DNA of 64,000 nt from Eledone cirrhosa. Lineage: Eukaryota. The position numbers were made by a program, and so were the translations under genes. The notes beneath the pieces are model-generated. The model made no database searches. It saw only the letters and a list, made by a program, of their open reading frames with translations, and was not told the origin of the DNA. The stretch spans positions 103,962 through 167,961 of the forward strand of contig CAXHJY010000152.1 in NCBI GenBank assembly GCA_964016885.1. The letters are read 5' to 3'. Positions 11,429-24,889 of the stretch are shown piece after piece. Positions within the stretch are counted from its first letter, which is position 1. The number at the start of each line of letters is the position of its first letter.

Positions 11429-12435
11429 AGGTGCCAAATTTGCAAGACTAGTTATAGTTTATTGAATTGGTTCCTGTACATAGCTGACTCATATTTCTTG
11501 GTACTTAAGGAGAGATAAAGGGCAAATTAAGTCCAGAGAAATTTAACACTTGCTAACAAACTGACCCTGGTTGTATGATACAAAACTGCCCATTATAACC
11601 CTTTTGATACCTACCAGACCAAAACCACACATTTTAAAGGGTTCCAATTTAAATTAAAATCTTCCAACAATTTTATATAAGAACCATATGTTAAGTTAAT
11701 ATCTTCATAATGAAATAAATAATATTAGTATATACATCAAAATTCTTCATTAATTAAAATAGAGTGTATTTCATAAGAAATCAGTCATGAAAAGGTTAAT
11801 TAGTTATTAATTTTATGTAAAAATTTGATTCTTTAAGTAATTCTCCAAACACCATCTTAACCTTTTTGATATCATACTGCCTGAAACTGACTGGTTCTGT
11901 GGAACAAATCTGCCTATTCTAAAGTGTTTTCATCCTCATTATCATCATCACCGTATTACATCTATTTTCCACACTAGCGTAAGTTAGACGAGTTGTCCTG
12001 TTGTGAGCAATGCTAGGTCAGGTGACCATGTCTTGCTCATACAAAACTGATTTTGGCTTGGTTTCTACAGCTGGATGCCCTTCCTAAAGCCAACCCCATT
12101 TACAGCGAGTACTGGGTGTTTTTTGTCTTGACACCTACACGACCACTTTACAGTCTGGGCTGGGTGCTTTTTGTTGTGACACCTACATTTAATATAAGTA
12201 TAATTTTATATGAAAAAATAAAATTTACAGCTCAAACTTATGCAGGTTTAGCTGGGCTCCTATGCGATGCAATCTCAAAGGTTTCAAATGTTTTATATAT
12301 ACTATATAGTAAGTATAACACGCTAGTTGAAACAAAGAACTGCAATGAGTTATCAAACTAACTAAATACTAAAGTAATACTGCAGACAGTCAATATTGGT
12401 TGATACCATTGCTTTTTTTTGTTTGTTATACTACA

Positions 12436-12823
<388 letters not shown>

Positions 12824-14125
12824 AAAGAGGGAGAGAAGGGTGTGTATGAAAACAAATACATATACATTTATATACAATAAACATATGAGGGAGGGCCTTG
12901 CCAATTAGATGTAATTGGACCCTCATCAGAAAACATGTATATCATCCAATCAACCACAAGGAAACCTGCACTTGATGGGTATATATACCCATTTGCTCTT
13001 AGTATTATTCTGAAATGGACGTACTAATTTACATATAATTAATGCTCATGGTAATTAAGATATATATTAAGAAGTGTACTAACAGCCGAAGTGTATGATA
13101 AAGTTATATCTATAAATACAAAGTGTGTAACCGAGACTGCATCAATGTGTATAAATATAGTTTCCTTGTGGGTGATTGGATTAAAGTCCAATTTGATGCT
13201 CTAACAATTCTGACAAACCTCTGCCTTGGATTAGTACCTCAGAGTGGATGGAAAGAAACTGCCTATTTAAAATTGTTAATAACTTTATTAATTATTGGTT
13301 GATTTTCTTAAAACATATTTATTTTGAACAGTATAATGGTAGAGGTACAGTACAGTTAAAATTCTACATAGACACCAGCATTGTCTACCAGTGTTTATAA
13401 TCGTCTAGATATATCCTCAACTGACATTAGAAACTCAGGCGGTATGTTAGTTAGTACATGACAGATGTGTTCCTTCAATTGAGTCAGTTTTTGAACTATA
13501 AACTTCTTCCTTCACCTATCCCAACAGGTAAAAAAATAAATAAAATAAAAATATTGCATGCCGTTAAGTCAGGGCTTCTTGCTCGCCATTGATGTGGACC
13601 CAGCTAACATCTTGGAAATTAGAAATCAAGCCACTCATGGACAGTGCATGCAAAATGAGGAGGGGCCTCATCTTGCATGAATGAGGTGATGATGTCACAA
13701 GTGGTTACAATAGGCCAAAAGTTATAATTTTTAATGGGGAGTTTCTTTCCACCCACTCTGTATATTTATCAACTCTGAAAGAATGAAAAGCAAAGTTGAC
13801 TGGTGGATTTGAACACAAAGTGCAAAGACCCAGAATCAATACTGCAAAACATTTTCCTAGACTGCCAATTCACCACTACCAACCCACCCCAAAGTGCCTC
13901 TAGTTTTATGAAACAGTTCCTATTAAATTAAAATCTTCCAGTATGATTTGATATAAAAACCTTTTGTTATGTTTCAAATATTTTAATAATGGAATATTAA
14001 TGAAACTAGCACAAAAACCACCCTTCTGGCAGTTTTCTGCTAGCATATGTAGTGTGCATATTGGTATTATACGCAAATATATATGCATATAGATATATGT
14101 AAATTGAAAAGTAAATTGACAATAT

Positions 14126-14760
14126 CTTCTTCGCTCACTTATTTCTGAGAGGGTCGTGGGGGCAGAGTACTTCTCAAACACTCCTTCCAGAGAGTCTGTC
14201 AGTAGCAAACATCTCTAACTGATCCAGCTGGATCCCAAAGCGTGACCAGCCAAGCTCATGGATGTTATCCAACTATCTTGCTCAGGGTCTACTTCTGGGT
14301 CTCTTGCTGGTTGGTTTTGCCTGGAAAATATGTCCAGCGATTCTTTACTGAGACATTCTAACCACATGCTCATAATATCGGAGTTATGATCACTCAATTC
14401 GGAGAGGTAGCGGTTCTACCAGGAGTGACACTCAGGTCTCTGAGTTATGCACTTTATCGAGTAATGTTACTCCAAAGACCCTTCGGAGGAATCCTATTTC
14501 TGCCACTTATTTGCAATTGTATTTTTTTGGTCATTACTCAAGATTCATGATGCTCGGTAAGAGTTGGCAGGAATACCAGGAAGACAGCGAATTTGGCTTT
14601 TACACCTACCCCCTTCTTCTGATTGCTGAGGCTGGTGCATTACTGCATCAGCTTTTGCAATTCTTGCACTTAATTCAGCCTCCTGCATTCCATCACTCAT
14701 GAACACGGCTCCAAGATACTTGAACTTCTTTAACTGCTTCAGTAGAACTCCATTCACATG
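14126..14760 (-). mobile_element. Decayed RTE LINE 3' fragment (different family); second copy ~17387-17785
   Basis: Remnant KFKYLGAVFMSDG...ELSARIAKA and a C-terminal ...LPPRPSQK*. The two copies align with each other. Confidence 0.75.
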
Positions 14761-14939
14761 TATATACATTTGAGGGACTTCTGTCCACCCATCCATCACG
14801 CAGTGCGTATGTGTGTTTGTGTGAATGTATGTGTGTGTAAAAGGAAGGAAAGGGACACACACATGTCTAACTTAAAAACAGTGACACACACACACACGCG
14901 TCTCTAATTTAAGAACGCCGACATACACACACTGTCCTA

Positions 14940-15640
14940 TGACCACTCAAGAGCTTTGGCCCGGGCAAACAGCCCCTCAATTTTGGAACCGTCTGGGTTG
15001 TCCTGAATTGATGGGAAAAGACTTGACGGTCTTACTCTGTGCTCCTGGTCAAGAGGCAGGTGCCTTACCTGGGACGTGACAGTTAGTGACTCTTTTGCTT
15101 CTTCCCACATTCTGGATGCAGCGGTAAGGGCGAGAGCTACAGCATCTGCAGCTGAACGGAACAAAATCCTAAAATACTGTGTTCTGTCAGTTAACTACAT
15201 TATCCAGCCTGTGCCATTCGAGACGTTTGGGGGAGTCAGGCTACTGATAGTGAGATTCTTATCTTCACTAGCGGCTCGTCAAACAGAGGTAACTGGTGAT
15301 GCTTGTGAGGGCACTTGGTTGTTCCAGCACCTCAGCCTCGCCATCACCCCAGGTAACGCTGCAAGCGTGCTGGCTTGCTTCAAAAATTATTAGAGAGGTT
15401 TCCCAGTGCTCCTCGCTATATTACTATCTTTTGCTCTAGTAGCAGCTCATTTTTTTCCACTCTTTCGCCTGCATATTGTTCTGTGGCCTAAGATGTGTGT
15501 ATTACCTGTTTGTGTATTTTTTCTTTCTTTTTTTCCTTTCCCTTTCCTTTGTATATATTATATTTGTTAGTGTTTTTGTTCTGTAACCATTATATTAAAT
15601 GAGTTTAAAAAAAAGAGTTAATAAATAAATAAAACAAACT
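14940..15640 (+). mobile_element. CRE-like non-LTR retrotransposon 3' end (restriction-like endonuclease remnant)
   Basis: EPSGLS*IDGKRLDGLTLCSWSRGRCLTWDVTVSDSFASSH...AAERNKILKY...PFETFGG...QHLSLAITPGNAASVL is a typical RLE C-terminus, followed by an A-rich tail. Confidence 0.75.
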
Positions 15641-16140
15641 TGTTTTACCCTCCCATTTCCAATTCACTGAACACTGCTATCATGACTGTATGTGTGTTTG
15701 TGTAAACATATGTGTGAATGTATGTATGTTTGTGAGAAAGTATGTGTATTTGTGTGAATTATGTCCATGAGCGTGTATTTTTATAAGTTTGTGTTTGCGC
15801 GATTATAGTTATATACTCATACATATAGATGTATGTGCACACTCATACATGTCAGCGTGTAGAAAATCATAATCTCTATCGCTCTCTCTTTCTATATATA
15901 TGGTAGTTGAAGTGGCGACGATATACCGGAAGTGCAACTTTGAAGTCAATTTAAAATTATTTTTACGAAATTATTTTTGTTTACGAAATTTAGTACATAA
16001 ATTATGTAATATTCATTCATTATTTATTCAAAGTAATCCAACATATTTTACTAACTGGATTAAAAGAAATAAACCGTACGCAGTCCCGCAGTCCTTACTT
16101 TATTATAGTTTAGATATAATACCATCTCATTAAAAAAATA

Positions 16141-16939
16141 CTGTACATACTTGAATATAAGCATACACTCCCATTTTATGTCCGAGAAATTGGTAAAAAT
16201 CCAAATCCCGTTTATAAGTCAAGGCAGCTAATCAACACATTTAGATGGCATTGTTTTGAAATTCTCATGAGTGGAGTAAATATTTATAAAGTTTTAATAT
16301 TTTGATATCTAAAATGTTTTAAGTGTCATTTAGAGTATAATTAGAAGAAAAAAGCACGAGGAAATTCTAAATTAATATAATATAAAGAAATCGAGATATA
16401 TTTTTAGTTTAAAGAATTTTTTTTTTTAAATGTCTTTAACTGTTATGGGGGTCATTAAAAACTCTAGGGGGATATCGAAATGAATAGGGAATAGTTGAAA
16501 GAGATCAACTAAGAGAACACTGTATAAGGATTCAGAGTAGAAGGGAGAGGAAGAAACAGCAAGCGAGAGAGAGGAGAGAGTGAGAGAAACAAAAGATTGA
16601 AAGAAAATGTATAAGACACAAAGAAAAATAGTCAGTGTGTGAATGTGTATGTGTGCACATGTGTATGCATGTGTGTGTGTAAGGGATATTTATGTATTAA
16701 AAGGTACAAATAATAAAAATTTGTGGGAATATTCTCAAGGCAATGCATAAAAACTTATGACGATATAATAATTATAGGAAAACAATGTTTCATTGTGAAA
16801 TAACCACTCCAGATATACTTTATTTATGTCGAAATTGAAGTTGGTGAAAATCGTCAAAATATTGACCTTGAATATAAGTTGACCCATTTTACCAATTTTT
16901 TGGTCACATATTCCTTGGTTTATATTCAAGTATATATGA
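16141..16939. mobile_element. Tc1/mariner(pogo/Tigger)-type MITE
   Basis: TA|ctgtacatacttgaatataa ... ttatattcaagtatatatga|TA terminal inverted repeats. Confidence 0.7.
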
Positions 16940-17162
16940 TAATAGTTTTAGTAAATCTGTCCATATCTCTAATGATATATTTTGTAAAGTGGTTGATGTT
17001 AGGAAGGGCATCTAGCTATATAAACCATGCTAAAACAGGAACATATATAAGCAAGATGTGACCCCCCCAAATCCATCTAAAAGGGCAATAGTTCAGATAA
17101 AATACTGACTTGATTTGTGACGACCCATCCAATTTATACCAGTATGGAAAAACAGATAAAGA

Positions 17163-17212
<50 letters not shown>

Positions 17213-18229
17213 GGTCGCGGATAAAAAGCTATATCATTTATCTACTGTTTCTTCATAAATATATTTTAAACTTATAGCCTTGTTTTAAATGATTTTTTGT
17301 GTGGTTGATTTATGCTGATTGGGAGAAGAAATACTGTATATATTTTATCTGATGATTCTATGGACTTACTTTATATATATATATACTTCTCTTTTGTCCA
17401 CTCATTCCTGAGAGGGTCATGGGGCAGAGTCCTCAAACACTCTTTCCAGCAGGTCCTGTCAGAAGCAACTGTCTCCAACTGATCCAGCTGGATCCCTAAG
17501 CAAGATCAGCCAAGCTCATTATGTTATCCAACCATTTTGCTTGGGGTCTAACTCTGGGTCTCCTGCTGGTTGGTTTTGCCCATAAAATCTATCCAGCAAT
17601 TCTTCCCGAGACATTCTAACCACATTCCTATAAACCAGAGCTGTGATCTCAATTTAGAGAAGCCTCGGCTTTACCTGGAGTGAATCTCTGATCTACATAC
17701 TATCAAGTAACATTACTTCAAAGACTCTTCAGAGGAAACCCATTTCAGCCACTTGTATTCACAATTGTATTCTTTCGGTCATTCTGGTTAGTTGGCTTCC
17801 TACAAGGCTGCAACTCATGTTTCTTGGATGTTTAAATGATAGGGATCCCAGTCCTATCATGAGAAGCAACATGAAATGAAGTGTTTGCTGAAGGACATAA
17901 CATGCCACCCAGTCAAGGAATCATAACCATGACATTGTGATCGTGAGTTGAACACTAACCACATGACCAAGTGTCTTCAAATCAACTGTTGAAGCTGTAT
18001 TATCATTGAGTTACACATAACTGGATGTTGACGTAAGAACAACACAATGATAAGATTACTATATTTATACTGAGTTAGGAAAATTAGGTGACCACCACTA
18101 ATGTCAACAATATGGTGGTTTAATACCAAAAAAACAGGTTTTATAAGTTGATATAATAGCCTCCTTACAGCTAACCATACACAAATTCTTCCTGTTATTC
18201 ATTTTATTAAAAGTCACAAGACATAATAA

Positions 18230-18570
18230 AGAGGCCTCAACAAGAGAGTCAGTAACCAGCAATACACCAGGCCTCAACAGGAGAGTCAGTAACCACAATA
18301 CAGCAGGTCCCAACAAGACAGCCAGTAAACAGTAATACACAAGAGTCAGTAAATAACCAATAATACACCAGGCCCTAACATGACAGTCAGTAACCAGCAG
18401 GTCCCAACAAGACAAGTAAACAACAACACACCAAACCCCAACAGCCAATAACCAGCAATACACCAGACCCGGACAACACAGCCAGTAACCAGCAGTACAG
18501 CAGGCCCTGACAAGATAACTATTAAACAGCAATACACAAGGCTCCAACAGGACAGCCAGTCACAAGCAAC
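18230..18570. repeat. Degenerate ~37-bp minisatellite (cagtaaccagcaatacaccaggcctcaacaggagagt-like)
   Basis: About nine diverged units are visible. They explain the Cys/Leu-rich ORFs here. Confidence 0.75.
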
Positions 18571-20798
18571 CACTTCACTTGTGAGGAGTTACAAAATAAA
18601 ATCTGAGACATTGCCCGTAAAATCAGAAAACATCTGACAGAGGATTTATAAGAATTATAATCAATCAGGAAAATATAATAAAGGAAGAGATCTCCATAGG
18701 ACATGTTTGAAGATGGAAACTACTGGAGTAGAAACTCTCCTGAGAAGAGGAGACAACCACAATGAAAGAGTGAGAATTAGTAGAAAGTGAACCTTACCTC
18801 TTGTGATACCAACCCACCTGAAGTTACTTACAAAATGGTTTCTTTTAAATTAAATCTTTATAGCATTCTTACTTAAATTAAAATTTTATAGCATAATTTT
18901 AAATTTCAAACCATGTTAATGATGTTTAAAATTTAGTAATATTACTAAATCTCTTAAAATTCTTGATAATTTTCAAAGTAATTTTAAAACCATAGGCAGT
19001 GTCTTTATAAGAAATATGGTAACAAAAGGGTTAAATACTTTACAGCCAAATAGAAACTAAATTGATTTGACTTAATGTCATGACACACGTAATACTGACC
19101 CTTAGAATATAAAAATTCTTACATAAAATTATAATTGTTTCTCCTTTTGGCACAAGGCCAGCAATTACCCAGTGCATTACTGGTACTTTATTTTATCGAC
19201 CCCATAAGGATGAAAGGCAAAGTAAACCTCAGCGGGATTTGAACTCAGATCATAAAGGTACGTAACTCTTTGCTGCAAAGCATGGCATCCGACCCTCTAC
19301 CGATACTGCCAATCCAAAATTATAATGGAAGGCTTTCAGATAAATCTAAACATTTCAAAATAAAAGCTTCGTATCAGTTTCATGTATCAACAGAAAAAAA
19401 AAAAATAAATAAAATTAAGGCACAGCCATGGATGTTAATGAATTCATTTTGTAACCTTGTGGTTCTGAGTCCAGTCCTAATGTGTGGCACTTGGACAAGT
19501 GTCTTCTACTGTGGCCATGAGTTGTGAGTGAAATTTGGTGGACAGAAAATACAGAAGCTTGTGTCTCTCTCTCTACGGGAGAGAGAGAAAGAGAGAGCTA
19601 GATATGAGGTGATAGTGTAATAGTTCACTATTTTCATTGGTAAGATGAGTTAAGCTCAATGCACATTTTCATCCTTCATTCTTCAGGAGTGAATAGTTAT
19701 AGTAGCAGAGCATTTACAATTCAAAATTCAATTAGACCAAGGATTACTATTATTATTTATTTATACAAGCGTGGTGGATTGGCAGTATTGGTAGAGCATT
19801 GGGCAATGTGCTTTGCAGCATAGACTTACGGCCCTTTATGTTCTGAGTTCAAATCCCACTGAGGTTAGCTTTGCCTTTCATCCTTATGGGGTCGATAAAA
19901 TAAAGCACCAGTAATGCACTGGGGTCGATTTACCAACTTTTCCACCTCACCCCCACCCCCACCCCAAAATGAATAATATAAAATTGTTTAACTCTTTTCA
20001 ATTCATATTGGCCACATTTCAAGTCTCTTCAGTACCAGTGTCTTCTCAGTGCACCACTGCCTCTCCCCAGCGTCATACTTTCTCTTCAGTGCAGGTGACT
20101 GTCTAGTGCCATACTGTCTTCCTAGTTCCACAACTCTGGGTCTCTCCAATGTCACAATGTGTCTACTCAGTGTTGCAATGTGTTTCCCCAGTACCACAAC
20201 TCATTGGTCTCTCTAGTGTCAAAAATTACAGCTAACAGAATGTAAACATTTTAACTACATCAAAATGATTAAAATATAGAACTGAAATCTTATGCTTCAC
20301 CTTTCATACATTGGTAACAAGAACAATTAACCTTTTGTATATCAACATGTCTCAAACCACCTCTGAAACTAACAAAACCTCTCATTTATCATATCTATCA
20401 TCATCACCACAATTTAACACCCATGATCTATACTAGCTTAGGTTAGAAGAGTTGTCCCATTGTGAGATATGTCCGATCAGATGAATGTGTCTTGCTCATA
20501 CAGTACTGTTTCTGGCTTTGTTTCTACAGCCGGATGTCCTTCCTAATTTTATGTGAAAATATTTGTTACGCTATGCTCCAAACATCAGCTTAATAATGCA
20601 AAAGTTAGTTTATTACTAGATCCATCCAAATTCTTGATTATTTTTTTAATTAACTAAAACCAAGAGCTATGTATTTCATCAGAAATATGGTCACAAAAGA
20701 GTTGAATCTAGTTACCATCACGACCATTGACAGATCCTTTCAAATGAACATGAAAAGATCTCCAAAAATCAAAAGATATACTTATCTTTTAACTCAAA

Positions 20799-21169
20799 CT
20801 AGCAGAATGGCTTGGCATTGCTCGGGATTTGCTCTAGGGTTCTTATAAATTTGATATATGTTTACCCTTATCAAGCTTTGTGAAATAAATACGTTTGTTT
20901 ATATTTTGTTATTGTATGCAAAAATATCTGTACATGAATATATAATTATATATAATTCGGGCTGTTTCTTTGTTTACAAACAAACCGAGCATTATAATAA
21001 ATGTTCGGTAAACCGATACGTGCATATATATATGTGTGCATGTATGTATATATATATACATACTACTGTACGTCTGTATACATATATGTATGTACGTATA
21101 CATACATACTTACATTTAAGTAACTGCCGTACTAAGAGTGAGAAATGAAATTTCATTTCATTCTATTCA

Positions 21170-21211
<42 letters not shown>

Positions 21212-22239
21212 TCATCAACGTTTAACGTCCCTGTTCCACGCTTGCATGGGTTTGGACGGGGGTTTTCCCACTTGAGGCAAGAGTGATTGTCTTGCTCGCA
21301 TAGGACTGTCTGGCAGGTTTTCTACAGTTGGATGCCCTTCCTAACACCAACCACATTTACAGTGTGGGTCTGGGAGGTTTTTACCGTGTTGCCTACACGG
21401 CCACATTACAGCGTGGACTGTGTGTTTTTTTGTCGTGACACCTACACGATCTCATTTGTTTCGGCCTGGATGATATATATATATATATATAATTAAAATA
21501 ACAGATTAAAGTTTAAGCAAAGAATCGCTGCTTTCACTCTTAACGGGATCTTCTGAAACTAAAAGAAAATCAATCTGTGAACACAGAAGTAAATATTTCG
21601 AAAAACGTTACACACTATACAACACACACCGCGTCATGTCGTAATGCAGACAGCCAGACATACAGATAGATAGATATTTATAAGGGCGCAACGTTATATC
21701 TATGTATCTATCTAAAAAGAGAAAGACTAAGAATTATAGAGAGAGATCGCTAAATCGCCTAATGCAGTTGAAATTTTATTTGCTCAAAACACTCACAGGA
21801 CCATAAGTATTACATATGTAAAGTTTGAAAACAATTGGTTGGGTAGTTCTCGAGTTTTAGTGAGCTGACAGACAAACAGACATTCTCTGTTTTAGATATA
21901 TAGACTAGCAGAAAATCACTCAGGGGGCGGTTTTCTGCTAGTCTATATATCTAAAACAGAGAATGTCTGTCTGTCTGTCTGTCAGCTCACTAAAACTTGA
22001 GAACCATCCAACCGATTGTTTTCAAACTTTAGACATGTAATACTTATGGTCCTGTGAGTGTTTTGAGCAAAAATTATTTCAAATTTTCAATGCCCTAGGG
22101 ACCGCATTAGGCGATTTAGCGTTCTCTCTATATAATTCTTAGTCTTTCTTTTTAGATAGATACATAGATATAACGTTGCGCCCTTATAATATCTGTCTGT
22201 ATGTCTGGCTGTCTGCATTACGTCATTATGACGCGCTCA

Positions 22240-22277
<38 letters not shown>

Positions 22278-22447
22278 GTATCGTAATGCAGACAGCAAGA
22301 CATAGCTTTCCTTCCCCTCTTCCAGCGTCTCTCTCTCTCCCTCCCGCTATCCCCCTCTTGTAGTCTGTCTCTTTCTTTCACTCTCACTCTCTCTCTACGC
22401 GTCGGACAGACAGACAGAGAAATTGCTGGTTATATATTATAAGGAGA
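20799..22447 (-). mobile_element. Non-autonomous Helitron containing an RTE tail (21209-21472) and a Helitron fold-back
   Basis: Minus strand starts A|TCTCCTTATAATATATAACC...(TCTG)n and ends CCCGAGCAATGCCAAGCCATTCTGCTAG|T. Confidence 0.75.
21630..22235. repeat. ~600-bp palindrome made of two divergent Helitron 5' ends around a central 3'-terminal hairpin
   Basis: The arms mirror about 21905-21941 (ctagcagaaaa...ttttctgctag). Each arm starts TCTATATATCTAAAACAGAGAATG(TCTG)n. Confidence 0.9.
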
Positions 22448-23911
22448 TTATATCACATGAAACCACATTAGCAAGACATTCTTGAAAAATGCAAGACATT
22501 CTTGAAAAATGCAAAACAGCACTATGACAGCATTACATTAAAAATTTGATTCTTTACTTTAATACTAGACATTTTCACAGCTGTTTCCCAGCAAAAATGC
22601 TATAAACATTTGAATAAGCAAACTAAATCATTACAGGTTGTTAAGAACCTAGCAACATTTTTCAGCATAAAGTTACAGCCCTTTATGGTCCGAGTTCAAA
22701 TACCGCTGAGGTTAACTTTGACTTTCATCTTTTCAGGGTTGATAAAATAAAGTACCAGTAATGCACTGGGATAATTTTAGAAAAACAATGTCTACATTAT
22801 GTTGAAAATTAAAATGTTTAATCAAATACTGCAAGTTTCTTTTTACAAAGATCTGTCTACTAGTAAAGATACTATATGCATTTGAAATGAAACCCCTTTG
22901 AGATATTTTCTGCCAAATCATTACAAGACATTAAGAGTTAATATAATAATTGTTTCTACTTTTCGCACAAGGCCAGCAATTATCCAGTGCATTACTGGTA
23001 CTTTATTTTATCGACCCCGTAAGGATGAAAGACAAAGTTAACCTCGGCAGGATTTGAACTCAGAATAGCAAGGGCCGTAACTCTATGCTGGAAAGCATGG
23101 TGTCTGACTCTCTACCAATACTGCCAATCCACCAATAATAATACAATACAATTTCTAAATAAGATAAGAGATTGTCCAAGCACACTATTTTCAATGTTTC
23201 GGTAGTTGTTTATCAAATCTAATGTAGATTAGACAGGGCTTAACCTAACTAATGTTCCAGTTAATTGTGTCTTTGATAGCTTCAAAAAAATGTTAATCAT
23301 TATACTACTAGTATATAACCCATTGTTTTACAGATGTTTAAAGATTATCCCCTAGTTGAGGGCTGCGTGGCCCATTCATTTTTTTTTTTCAATTTGAATT
23401 TTTACCATGTTCCCTGCGAATGGTTAAGATTAGCTTACCTTCCCTTTGGTGTCAAGTCACATGCCACAGAAAGTCCAGGTTATTGCTACACTGGCCAATG
23501 TCCATCTGAGTAGTATGGTGGATAGCTAGTCAGAACTAAAAAGTTCCAGGGTAGCTAATCTCTGAAGATGCGATTCTAGCCACTTACGTAATGTTGACTA
23601 ACATTACCTAATTTCTAAGCACCATAGTTCCATTTGGATTGTCATTAGCAGATGCAGTTGCAGAAATTAATGCATTGATCCAGGGCTGGAAAAATCAAAT
23701 TTTCTACCCACACAAATTGTTTTTCTCACTAATTAACATCAGTGTGCACTCTGTTAGGGAGAGCTTTAAACAATATATTAGAGACATGTTCATATTAACA
23801 TGTAAAGAATAATAGATTAATGGAATTAATTTTGATTTAATGGTTTTAAAAGTCGTCCATAAAACATTTTAATGTCCTGGGCAAATTAGAGCATGAAGGC
23901 AACATCAACAC

Positions 23912-24400
23912 CATCACCACCATCATCATCCTCATCAGCTAAAATCTGCCAACTATAAGATGAAGACCTCCTCAAACTGGTGCCAATAGTTTCTATCCTG
24001 TACTTTCATCCATGTAACATCCATAAACTTATTAATCTTATAATCCCCATCTCATCCCGTCTCCTTTGACTGAACCTGTCACTCTCAGTCTCCATTCTGT
24101 ACACAGCTCGGTCCATCTGTTGTCATTTGTTCATATCACATATCTTCCCTGCTTTAATTTTCTTGTCTTAATGTTTTATGCTGTCTTGTACTTTTGTTTT
24201 CTCTCTTGAAAAGTCCTAGCATAGCATCTTTCCATACCTCTTTGTGTTCTAAGCTTTTATTCTATGTTTTTAGTCATCAACCATGTCCCTGCTTGCTTCC
24301 TAAATCATTGCTGGTACAATGCACTAGTCAAACTCCCTGGTATCTTACTTGGATTTGCCCTTTTACTCCCTCTGTATTCCATGTTTACCAATTGTCTAAG
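23912..24400 (-). mobile_element. Old RTE LINE 3' fragment
   Basis: Remnant DNRWTELCTEW...WMKVQDRNYWHQFEEVF followed by a (GAT)n-like tail. Confidence 0.6.
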
Positions 24401-24889
24401 ATAAATATATTTCCCAGTTATTATATTCACTAGTTAATGTAGCTAAAGAATTTACTGTCAAAAGAGTTTTGAGGCCTTTTTAGCCATGTCAAAGACAGAG
24501 CATCTCTAGTGCTGGTGCAACAATAAAATGTCTGCAACATACTCTATAAAGTGGTTGGCATTAAGAAGGGCAGCAAGTCATAGAAACCATGCCAAAATGG
24601 AACATATTGAGCAAAACATGAGCCCCAACTTGCTTAGCTGGACAGTAACTCTTTTTACTATATTTTTCATGTATAATTAAATTTTGAATTAAAATTAAGG
24701 GCAAAAAAATGAAGTGGAGGGCACATTATGAATACACATTTTCAGAAATGTTTACTGAAATTAAAAATACTCATTTCAAAGAGCAAGATTGCCAATGATT
24801 ACCCAGATATTTATAATCATATTAAAAAATTGTTGTTTTACATTCTTTAACATCATAAGAAACCAATATTAAAGTGAAACATGTGAGAT

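Larger units (their letters stand above)
14006..16114 (-). mobile_element. Non-autonomous Helitron with nested insertions
   Basis: On minus, the 5' end is A|TCTAAACTATAATAAAG (16114) and the 3' end is a hairpin + CTAG|T (14006). Both ends match the shorter copy at 38550-39156. Confidence 0.7.

Noticed and set aside
13371-13440. Possible plus-strand exon (AG...GTATGT; TPALSTSVYNRLD...)
   Set aside because: No recognisable protein similarity or partner exons. Such signals arise by chance.
18104-18573. Hydrophobic Cys-rich ORFs
   Set aside because: They derive from a degenerate ~37-bp minisatellite.
23340-23890. Possible decayed helicase or transposase remnant
   Set aside because: No convincing motif could be read in any frame.
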